Of a stretch of DNA of 64,000 nucleotides, positions 11,355 through 21,607 are shown piece by piece (positions within the stretch are counted from its first letter, which is position 1; each line of letters begins with the position of its first letter). Below the pieces are notes generated by a model. It was not told the DNA's origin. It worked only from the letters and a program-made list of their open reading frames with translations, and did not search any database. The DNA is from Lingula anatina (Eukaryota > Animalia > Brachiopoda). Where the stretch lies: contig CM120640.1 in assembly GCA_051362555.1 (NCBI GenBank), positions 60,614,788 through 60,678,787 on the forward strand. Reading direction: 5' to 3'. The position numbers were made by a program, and so were the translations under genes.

Positions 11355-13221
11355 TCCAACATTTCATTTTTACTTAGAGGCCAATATACTGCTTTTCAAA
11401 TGTACCTCTAAATGTACTATGTATAATATCTGATGGAAAAATATTGGTTTTCACCATTCTTTTAACACAAAAGTATTTCAGATATTAATAAGTGACCCAT
11501 ACCTGTATTATATATATAAAGATCATTTCTCCTGGCTTGAGAATCTCTGCCCCCAAAGATGACCAGTTTATTTTTTACTGCACACATCCCTGTGGCCGCC
11601 CTTGGTGTGGGGCCTACAGCATTCATCTGCATGGGATGGGACCATGAACTAGTTTCTGGAATAACAACAAGTTGTCCAGACTTGACAAAACAACAACTTC
11701 CTCACTAAATGGATGTCAAATATCATTAGTGTATTAAATAGCTTAATTGAAATACAAGTTGTCCAAAAAATTATTCAAGAAACTTTTATTATGCAAAATC
11801 AAGTTATGCATGGTACTAAGCATCTGCTTGTTATTTTAGATCATATTTGCAATTGTCTACTTTGTCATACCTGTATCAAAAATAAACAAATCATTGAACC
11901 ATCCAAACTGTGCTGCTTCTTGTGAGTCTGCTTCCATACCCTCATCCTCCAAGGCATCTTCCTCTTCAGTGCTCACTTCTTCCACCTGTATAAAAACACA
12001 TTAATATATAAAGTATAGAGAAGTTTTCAGTGATTATTGAATCAGTGACAATGGTTTACAACTGGGCAAATCTTCCAAAATAAAAAGGATCCTGATTTAC
12101 ATTTGTACATCTGTGTAATGGCACAGTGCAGATTGCAAAAACAACTAGGTATGCACTCTGAACTTTTATTTCATTAAAAACTCAAAATTTTTATTTCATA
12201 ACAAACCTCTTCTTCTTCATTTTTTGGACCAAAGCCACCAAAAAAGTAAACATTTTTGCCTACAACTGCAGAGGCCAACTTGTCTCTTGGACTTGGGCAC
12301 TGACCCTTGCCTTCTACTTTAGACCAAGTGCAAGTTTCTGAAAAAGATGACTTACAAACGGTTAAGTAATAAGAATTATTTGCAAATAATTTTCTCTGAA
12401 CATAAATTCAGCATACTTGATAAATAAACTATTATATTTATAAATAAAAATCCTTCAATGCAAAAAAAAAAAAATTATATCATGACATGGGAATACCATA
12501 ACACAAAACCCTTACCTGTATCAAAACAGTGCAGATCATCTAACCATCCAGACGTCTGGTTAAGACCACCAAACAAATACAGATTATTTTCTACAGCTGA
12601 CATAGCTGCTGATGATCTTGGTGGAGGCAAGTCTCCCTTGGTTTCAACACAAGTCCAAGTGTTGTTATCTAAAAATACACTAGCACTATGTAGTAATGAC
12701 CATCATTTAACTTCATTGTTTTTTTTTTTCTTTCACACACTTTCATGCAAATTCGTACGTTTAATCTAAATTCGTTAATTAGCACTCCTATTTACAATTT
12801 CCCATATGTACTGGTTACAACCACCAGTACATATCAGGAACCACAAATAAGAGTGCTAACACACGGATCTCGTGCAAATTGAAACCAAAAGTTATGTGCA
12901 GTATATTATATTTATAATGATAATTTATAATATATTCTGGTGACTGGATAGGCCTACTGCTTCTGTACTACTACTAGCACAACTAGTATATCACATCTTA
13001 CCTAAGTCTAAAGAAAACAGCTCATTAGATTCAGTGTGTTCGCCATCTGCTCTGCTGACAACTCCGCCAAATACGTACATTTTACGTGCAATTGAAGCAG
13101 CGGCATGTCCATCACGGGGAGCACAATATTTGTTTTGAACTTCCAATTTGGACCAATTCACGTTTATGTCATTATCCAGACGCTCACCATACTTAACGTT
13201 TTGACTGGCCTCGTTTCCCAT
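9582..13221 (-). CDS. Kelch-repeat (beta-propeller) protein, KLHDC/Rab9-effector-like, with an acidic insert; about 8 exons
   Basis: ATG at 13221 (MGNEASQ...). Repeated kelch motifs PRDGHAA..MYVFGG, PRSSAAM..LYLFGG, PRDKLASA..YFFGG, PRAATG..LVIFGG, PRSFHT..VVIGG and GRGVHT..LVLFGG are joined by phase-consistent GT-AG introns. Stop TAG at 9582-9584. Confidence 0.88.
10540..11248. mobile_element. 709-bp PIF/Harbinger (Tourist-like) MITE in a kelch-gene intron
   Basis: ~200-bp imperfect terminal inverted repeats (gatcgcattcacaatgagttgagccaggctttac... / ...gtaaagcctggctcaactcgttgtgaatgcgatc) flanked by a TTA target-site duplication at 10537-10539 and 11249-11251. Confidence 0.85.
11275..11351. 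repeat. poly(A) run followed by an (AT)n microsatellite
   Basis: Direct reading of the sequence. Confidence 0.95.
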
Positions 13222-13224
13222 GTT

Positions 13225-13583
13225 AGATAATGAAAAAATAGCTGTTTGAATCAACGTCAGTCTTAGTCTACGATCTGGTGGCGGGAGAAAATGTCATTCA
13301 ATTTCCCGCGGAATGTTTACTTCCGGCTTCCGGGATTTGTTTACTGTGTTCAAGATACATATTTAGTGGAATTGCCTTTAAAATTGCCTTAATGCTTTCA
13401 TTTCATTAGGATAGGTTTATTTATATCTTTTTGTCATATATCTATGGCATAAAGGAATACCTGTTGGTGATAAACATCGATAAAATAAAAGAAAGTGGAT
13501 CGTGAGTGTTCGGTAGTTTCCGACATTCCATGCAGAAACAACATGGAGTCTCCTATTGCGGTTTGCGGTTTCCCTTGAGTCGG
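13225..13583. promoter_or_regulatory. Bidirectional promoter region between the kelch (-) and F-box (+) genes
   Basis: CpG-richer segment with E2F-like sites (tggcggga ~13279, tttcccgc ~13302), tandem ETS/GABP-like acttccggcttccgg (13319-13333), and a probable 5'UTR splice donor gtgagt at ~13584. Confidence 0.55.
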
Positions 13584-14247
13584 TGAGTTTTGACAAAAAA
13601 AGATGCGTTTCATATGAGACAGTGGTATAGGATTTAGTGTAACATTATTAATTATTTCCCAATTGACATGTAAGAAAGGTCGCCATACCTTGGTATTATT
13701 GTTTTATGTGTCAAAAGTGGATTTTTCGAGCACTCGTCAGAGAGCAGCGGAGAGACGATTTTATTGGCTAACATGATGTCTGCTGTTTGATGATGGTGAA
13801 AAGTCCCCGCGGAATTTCAGTTGTCAAACTCGATATGTAGATTGCATCATTGTTGTTAATTGAGAATGTCAGATACATTTTCTTTTTTGGTTTTGATTTT
13901 GGTATGCTTAAGCATCACTTAATGCCAATTTAGGTTAGACTTTGTTTACTGTTAAAATGTGTCGAATCTTTTGGAAGAATAGAAGTTTCGTGATTTTGTC
14001 TAGGACTTACGAAGGTAAGTATGATTTGACAGGGATCACTTAATGAAAGTTGGTTATTTGCAAATTTTTGATCCAATTAATTTTACTTATGCTTTCTTTA
14101 TAAATATTAATAAAATGTTAGTTTAAGCAAGTATAAGTTATATGTTTTTGTTTCAGAGTAAGCATTTACTTCAAAATTCAAGTATGGTGAAAGGAATACA
14201 AAAGAGGAGCAAAACACAATCCACATTGTATATCTCCTGCAGGGCAC

Positions 14248-15549
14248 ATGAGTGTATTTTTGGATTTTTTGCGTCCTCGCAGACGCCTCCAGCCAAACAC
14301 ACTTCAATCCAACAATGAGGAAAAGGCTCAGAGAAAAAACAAAGCTCACAAGGAGAATGGGTTGCATGGAACCCTCCCCCCTGTTTGTGTGCCAAGTGTC
14401 ACAGAGAGGAGGCCTCCCAGGACACCCACTGTGTGTTTGGCAAGCGGCACCGAGAGAAAGGCCCTCAAAGGAAGATCTAAGACCAAGCAGCCAAAAGAAA
14501 AGTCTTATTTTCCTTTTCAGAGATTACCTTTAGACTGTAAACTAAAGGTGTTCATGTTTCTTAACATGATCGACAAGGGTCGATCTGCTCAGGTTTGCAC
14601 AGAATGGCAAGATCTACTGAAAATGCCTAGTCTATGGGTGGATGTGGATTTCACCCTCTTTCCTCTGTGCTTCAATGCCAACACAGGGCATACTTGCAAT
14701 AGAGATTGTTATGAGCAATACCAGATTAGAGTTAAGGCTTCTATGAAGCATCTTGCTGCCATTTCACCTGTGATGAAACGTTTCTGCTTTGCCTTTGATA
14801 TTGGAGACTTTGCTGATGGATGGTTGAATTCTGTTGAAGACCTGATTTTACATTCAAATTTCCGAGACTTAACATGTGTCTATCTGAACTGGAAGGAGAC
14901 TCCAGTAAAGCCATTTTGGATTGAACAGGTTCAGTACAAGTGGGAGAAGTACAATGACTACGTCTATAGAAATAGACGTCGTGGAAGGTGCTTTGTGAAT
15001 TTTTTTGATCTCTTTACATCTCAAGCATCCAATATCAAATGCCTTGCCTTACCTTTTTATTGGAATGAGCGCCCCGTGAGGAATATGGCCAGGCTACGAA
15101 ATCTTGAAGTCCTCATACTGGAGAAGGACTACGTATTTCAAATTATAAATCAATCGCACCTCAACGAGCTACTCCTTAATCTCCCCAAACTGCGTAAATT
15201 AGTTCTTGAAGTGTGGATACCTGAAAGGTTGTGGCCATATGAGATGACATCGGAATCTTTGCAACATCTGGATATATCGCAGTGTAGAGGCTTTTGCTTG
15301 AAGAAAGTGAACATGCCAAACTTGGAAACATTCCGTGTTACACTTTTCCCCACTGGTAACTCTTCTATACTCATCCCTGACACATTTCCATGTCTGCATG
15401 ATGTACTGGTGCAGGGAGCTCCTGAACTGAAGAGCATCAATGGACTGAAGCTGCCTAATGATTGGAAATCGGAAATCAGTCCACAAATGGAGAGTTTGTA
15501 TAGGACAGTTTGTCCTTGCATAAGACATAAACCAAGTCAGCTTGCATGA
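14248..15549 (+). CDS. F-box protein with a C-terminal LRR-like region (433 aa, single coding exon)
   Basis: F-box motif FQRLPLDCKLKVFMFLNMIDKGRSAQVCTEWQDLLKMPSLW followed by LRR-like segments (LRNLEVLIL, LPKLRKLVL, LQHLDISQC, MPNLETFRV); upstream acceptor tttcag at ~14156. Confidence 0.85.
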   Translation: MSVFLDFLRPRRRLQPNTLQSNNEEKAQRKNKAHKENGLHGTLPPVCVPSVTERRPPRTPTVCLASGTERKALKGRSKTKQPKEKSYFPFQRLPLDCKLKVFMFLNMIDKGRSAQVCTEWQDLLKMPSLWVDVDFTLFPLCFNANTGHTCNRDCYEQYQIRVKASMKHLAAISPVMKRFCFAFDIGDFADGWLNSVEDLILHSNFRDLTCVYLNWKETPVKPFWIEQVQYKWEKYNDYVYRNRRRGRCFVNFFDLFTSQASNIKCLALPFYWNERPVRNMARLRNLEVLILEKDYVFQIINQSHLNELLLNLPKLRKLVLEVWIPERLWPYEMTSESLQHLDISQCRGFCLKKVNMPNLETFRVTLFPTGNSSILIPDTFPCLHDVLVQGAPELKSINGLKLPNDWKSEISPQMESLYRTVCPCIRHKPSQLA

Positions 15550-17699
15550 AAACTTAAATTCTTTAGATTAAGAAGTTTTCAAAACTTTTTGTCGGCAGCT
15601 GTATTTGGGATATCTGTCAACAAATTTTTTTTTCTTTAAAAGTTCAGTTGAGATCCTTTAATTGATCGTAGGTTTAAACAATATTAACCTTTTTATGTTT
15701 AGAACATGTGAATGGTATCATTAGTTCAGGACTTCTTCTTATACTTAGAATGCCAAAGTTCAATATTGGATGGTGGGAGAACAAAATGAAAGTTTTGGTT
15801 TGATGTATTAGCTTGGGCTTAATCGCTGCAAACAGCATTAAGTAAAGAAGTTTTGTTTTCAGGGGGCCAAGCATTAGACAGTATGTGACTGTGAAACCTG
15901 TTATTATTGAAGATCATGCATAATTGTCGTTGATGTAAGTAGTTACATATATTATTAGAGAAAAAAGACTGTTAGATTCACATGCTATATACACTGCCAT
16001 GTGTCAAAAATTGTTGGACCACATCTTGTTTGCATATAAGAGATGCAGATGGAGCAATATAATTGATCAGGTGTTGCGAACAGTCCCAGATGCAAATGAT
16101 CTCAGAATTAAATAAAAGATATTGAACCACCATGATTAATTTGTATGGAATCAACAAACTAAAGAAAATGCATTTCAGAAAATAAACGACATGTTTAAGT
16201 TTCATATATGCTTAATGAAAAAAAAAAAGTAATGCACTATTGTAATGGCCTTAGACATAGTTGATTACATATCTTAGCATCTGGTTGGTTAATCTGCAGA
16301 GTCAAATTTCACATTCCATCCTCGCATATGAAAGTATGTAGCCCTTGTCCCCTAAAATATTTCTAACAGTAGTGGATATAAAATTTAATGCAAGTTTTTG
16401 CTACTACATCCCCAATTATTGATCCAGTGTGCTGCTGTTAACCATAAGATATTGTGTAACAGATGCAGTAAGTAGTTGTACTTGTGATAAACAGTTTGGC
16501 TCTTGGCAAATATATATATATATCTTTTTAGAGGAAAAGTTAAGAAAAAAATGTACTTCAGAATTTGCCAATTGTGAAATCTAAATCCATTTATTGCTAC
16601 AATGAAAATGAAAGTAAATGAACAAGAAAATTCATGTAATGTAGAGCAACATACCTGCACTAATAAATGCTTTTATTTTTATATTCCATGTATGAGTTGT
16701 GAAGTTAATTTGATGGCTCAGTGATGTAATGTATTTGAAGTACTTATATTTGGCTTTACTTAATATGTTTACTTAATGTGTGTAATAATCAAATATTGAG
16801 GGGTGAGGGGGAAGGAAAAGAATACATTTTCATCTATTTCATTCTAGTTCTTTTCCTAGTGTCTGTTAACCATCAGACTAGTGAATTGTAAGTCCCCAGA
16901 AAAAAGACGTTTGACACCAATTTCTTGAGGTATTACTGTAACAGTGAGTAGGTCAAATTTGGTCCTGAAATAATCATATTTCGATAACATCTCTAAAACT
17001 GTTTCCTAATGTTAAATGTGAACTTCACCTTTTCCATTTATTGGAAACAATTTCTAGTTCAGCGCCATTATAAACCTTCATAAAATTACTGTTAGAATTT
17101 AAGTGTTTTGATAACAACTAGTTGGTTTAAGTGAAAAATGGTACATTAAAGTCATGCATTACTAATTTATCACAAAACTTGCTTCTATTTGAATAAGAAA
17201 ATTTGATTTGTGGCCTGTAAAGGAATTATGAAAATGAAACACTTGAAGGATTTTACAAGGTTTTGGTAATGCTTTTCATTACATTCTTATTTGATATGAT
17301 TGGAAATAAATACTTTTGTAAATTCACACTTTTGAACAGACATGTCAATCTATCTTCTGATGTACAAGTAGACAGCAATGCATTGTCAGAGATATGAAAT
17401 TATTACAAATGAGAGCAGATATGTAAAACCACTTAAACTTGGAACAATGGGGAAGGTGAACTTAGGGAAAGAAGTTGCACCAAATACTTTAGCTTAAACT
17501 TGGCAAACATCAATATCTCCTGTAGATTTGTATATAAATCAATATATGGTTTTATGCATGGTTTTTGGATTTTAAAATCTAACCAGATCCATCGGTTTTG
17601 TAGTGCTTACAAAAAGTTATCAATAAAGAGTGATATTTAATAGCACAAAAAGGCTGAAATTCTGAGATGACCCCGAGTCCTTACAAAAATAAGTATTAC

Positions 17700-19911
17700 T
17701 ATGTACAGACACAGATGTGTCTGTACATATTGCCATCACCTGCATCTGTTGTCGCCGTCGCCGTCGCAGATCATGTCGCCGTCGCCGTGCACTTTCAGCG
17801 TTAACACCATAAGTGGAAGACAGTTTTACTTTTTGGCTTTATATTTACAGAGCTGATGAATATTCATAAAACGCAGGTCAAGTTCAAAAATCAGCATGAT
17901 GGGGCCATTATTGTAGAATTTATGCTGTTTTTTCACTTTTCAGCATATATGCAACGCTGTTAACACATTTCAAGGAAAACTGATAGGCCTGTTGTCATGA
18001 AACTCACAGGAGTAATCAATCTTACTAAAACGCAGATCAAGTTCGAAAATCGGCATGATCGGGCCACTATTTTAGTAGTTATGCTGTTTTTTTCACTTTT
18101 CAGCATATATGCAACACTGTTAACACATTTCAAGGAAAACCCATAGGCCTGTTGTCATGAAACTCACAAGAGTAATCAATCTTACTAAAACGCAGGTCAA
18201 GTTCGAAAATCAGCATAATCGGACCATTATTTTATAAGTTGTGCTGTTTTTTCACATTTCCTCAGATTCAATTCTTAGGCATGTTAACAGTCTCATTATT
18301 TAATTAATAAGATGCGTAAAAGTGTTTGTTTGACATTTCCTGCATCTTTACAACATTGTTAGTTGATTACGTAAAAATGATGGTAAACTTGTAATTGTGT
18401 ATTGTGTAATAAGGTATCAAAAATGGAAATAAACTCATATCATTGCAGTTTGTAAGATTCAATCATTCACTATGTTCAGAAACTCAGAATGGAGGAAATT
18501 GGACATTTGACACTGTTCTATTGATATTTTTCACATCTCATCAATTTTCTTAGTTGATCATATAAAAATGGCAGTAAACTGTTAATTTTGTTTTATGTTA
18601 AAAAAGTGTTAAAAATGGAAATAAACCCATTTCAGAATAGTGCTGTCTTGTTTCACATTTCCTCAGATTCAATTTAGGCATGTTAACAGTTTCATTATTT
18701 AATTAATAAGATAAATAAAAGTGTTTGTTTGACATTTCCTGCATCTTAACAACATTGTTAGTTGATTTTGTAAAAATGATGGTAAACTTGTTATCGTGTA
18801 TTGTGTAATAAAGTTTCAAAAATGGAAATAAACTCATTGCAGTTTGTAAGATTCAATCATTCACTATGTTCAGAAACTCAGAAGGAGGAAATTGGACATT
18901 TGACACTGTTCTATTGATATTTTTCACATCTCATCAATTTTCTTAGTTGATCATATAAAAATGGCAGTAAACTGTTAATTTTGTTTTATGTTAAAAAAGT
19001 GTTAAAAATGGAAAAAAAAACATTTCAGAACAGTGCTGTCTTGTTTACATTTTGGCATTTTCAAGTTGTGACTTTGAAGTTCCATGGGCCTGAAGACATT
19101 TGCTAGTCACATTTTCTGAATATCCATAATACTAATATTTTATTATTAAAAATTGATGGTCATTATGCTGTTAAACGTTATGTAATATTGCATCAAAATT
19201 TGGAAAAAAATATTTTGGACACTGCTCCCATGATGACCATTAAAAAAAAATCATGTCACTTACTGTTCTCAAACTTACAGGAAAGAAACATGGGACTAAA
19301 ATACAGCTTCAGTAGGCAATGCAGTCTGTTTGATAATTCTTTCCGCTAGTTAAACAGTTTTTTTTATGAAAATTTAATTTTTCACATATTGGCATTTTCA
19401 AGGAGTGACTTTGAAGTGCCATGGGCTTGAAGACCCATGCTAGTCACATTTTCTGAAAATCCATGATACGTATATTTTATTATTAAAAATTGACGGTCAT
19501 AATGCTGTTAACCATTATGTAATATTGCATCAGAATAGAAGAAAACACAATTTTGGGTGCTGCTGCCATGATGACCATTATGGGAAAACCATGTTAGTGA
19601 TGATTGCCAAATGTTCAAAAAAGAAATACAGGACTAAAATGCAGCCTGAGTTGGAAAAGCAGTCTAATCGGCTTCTTTTTCTGGAAGTTATACATTTTCA
19701 AAGTGTGAACTTGAAATGCCATGGGCCTGAAGCCTTATGCTTGTTACACATTTTACTTACATTGGTATTACCTGTTGAGCATGATTAAAATTTGATGTTG
19801 AATTTGCAGTTTAACATAATGTACTTTTGCATCAGAATTGACAGTAGCCTATTTTGTGCATAGTTATTTCCTGCTTTTTGTCTGTACATTTGACAGCTTT
19901 GCTGCCTTGTT
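17700..19911 (+). mobile_element. Complete HINE/DINE-1-like (Helentron-associated) element with internal tandem arrays
   Basis: 5' subTIR+IR hairpin tatgtacagacacagatgtgtctgtacata, (GCCGTC)n microsatellite, ~118-bp, ~400-bp and ~330-bp internal tandem units, 3' subTIR tgtctgtacat (19879-19889), then a short stem-loop gacagc-ttt-gctgcc and ttgtt. No TSD and no transposase ORF. Confidence 0.75.
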
Positions 19912-20895
19912 GTAATTATATTTTATTTTACCCATAATAACAAAAGACATGGCACTTCTCTGTGTATTAAGATTTTCAGCAAAATTAAAAATGAACTGAA
20001 CTGTAAACAGTTTTCTTTGGAATTATTAGATTTATGGAAGATCCATATGCAAAGCAAGAATTATGAGCTTGATGAAAAAAATGAAATATTATTTAGGGAA
20101 TAATATATGTTGATCTTCAAATTTCAACTTGATCTTTTTGGTTCAATGGTCAATCTAACAGAACTGATTTTAAAGATCAAAAGCTTGATAAGATGATGCA
20201 AATTGTTTATTGGAGAAAATGTTTTTCTATATATAATTTTTTTTTCATTCCATTGAAAATTCTATTTCTATGCACCCATTGTGCTAGGTGTGAAGCTCTT
20301 ATGCATTTGGAGGTAAAATGTGTTGTGTTCATGTGACTGAGCGACCGATATGATGCATCCGTGGTGCAATGCTCGTGCAGCTGACATCCGCATTTTTGCT
20401 GTTTTAAAAAGCTGCACTAAGCGATAGCAGATAAGAAACAGTAAACAGAGGTTTAACTGTAAGTAGTAAAGTGCGCATGGATATAGATTGATACAATATA
20501 GAATAAAGTTTATAAACATTTGAAAACCAGTTCCACGTTTGCTTCACGACTGTCAAATTGACTTCGATGTCGCAGTTTTGGTTCATTTCAGGTAAGTAGC
20601 AAGGCGAAACTTTGCAAAACTCGTGAGATTTTGGCCTTTCATAACTCGCATAAAGAGACTGAACAGATTAGTTTATTGTTAGTATTAGTGGATTATATCT
20701 GTGTGGACTTTGCACAGGCGGCTGACTGAGGGTGGGTTGCAGTGATAAAATAGTTTTGCTTGTTTACTTACTTTGCGCGGCAAAGAAAAAATAGTAGACG
20801 ACAGGGATGATACTAAAGAAATATATACAACACAAGGATGCAAAAATTGTTTGGTTTTGTCTTGTTTATACTGTTTTGGGGAGGGAAATGTTTAA

Positions 20896-21236
20896 AGGGA
20901 TAACAACTGTTTGTAAGTTATCCATATTTCACAATAAATGCATTGTAAATAGCTCATAGAAATATAAATTCCATTTTACCACCAAAAATGGTGGTTAACA
21001 CAATTATTCTGGACTTTGTGCTTGTCATCACATCACGTGACCTCCATAGATGGCTACACTCTGTAATAATCTCTTAAGAGAATATGACAGAAAACCAAAC
21101 TTTTTAGAAAAAAATCAGGGACTAACTTTGAATGTGCACATGGGAATGGATTCATTAACCATTGGTAAGTAAGGGAAAATTGTTGTTTGCCCCAGGAAAA
21201 TCCATTTTTTGGCCAAAATGAACAGTTGTTATCCCT
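20896..21236. mobile_element. 341-bp TTAA-flanked MITE (Kolobok-like) upstream of the TEP1 coding start
   Basis: Perfect 16-bp TIRs agggataacaactgtt / aacagttgttatccct with TTAA on both sides (20892-20895, 21237-21240); a diverged second copy lies at ~57278-57560. Confidence 0.8.
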
Positions 21237-21607
21237 TTAACTTTTAAGCTGGGGGGGGGGGGGGGGGGCATGTGGCCCCACTCCAAATTTTTAATATTTG
21301 AAAAATCAGCAGTTTTAGTTTGGTCTCTATCTTGATTTAATGGTGATTTATGTATTGTAAAAGATGGAATGATGGGCCTTTAAAATGTCGCACTGCTGTA
21401 TCCATGACATATGTCAGGGGAGTTGAACCATTTAAGATTGACCAAAAGTGTAGGGAGTGGATCAATTTTTTGTATTCCAAGAAATTGGCATTCCTCTTGA
21501 TTGTATGGGAAATGTTGTGTAGAACCTTAAATCTTATGTATAATAAATGCCTTATCACATTTTAAAAAATAAAAACATTTCTTTTTTAAAACAGGCCTAA
21601 TACATAC

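Noticed and set aside
14107-15528. Overlapping antisense and alternative-frame ORFs around the F-box gene
   Set aside because: Shadow ORFs of a long coding exon, with no recognisable motifs.
17870-18250. Regularly spaced repeats superficially resembling a CRISPR array
   Set aside because: The whole unit is repeated with no unique spacers, the context is eukaryotic and there are no cas genes.
20290-20620. Telomerase RNA or vault RNA next to TEP1
   Set aside because: No telomeric template or A/B-box pair is seen. The segment is better explained as the TEP1 promoter and first non-coding exon (donor cag|gtaagt at ~20591).
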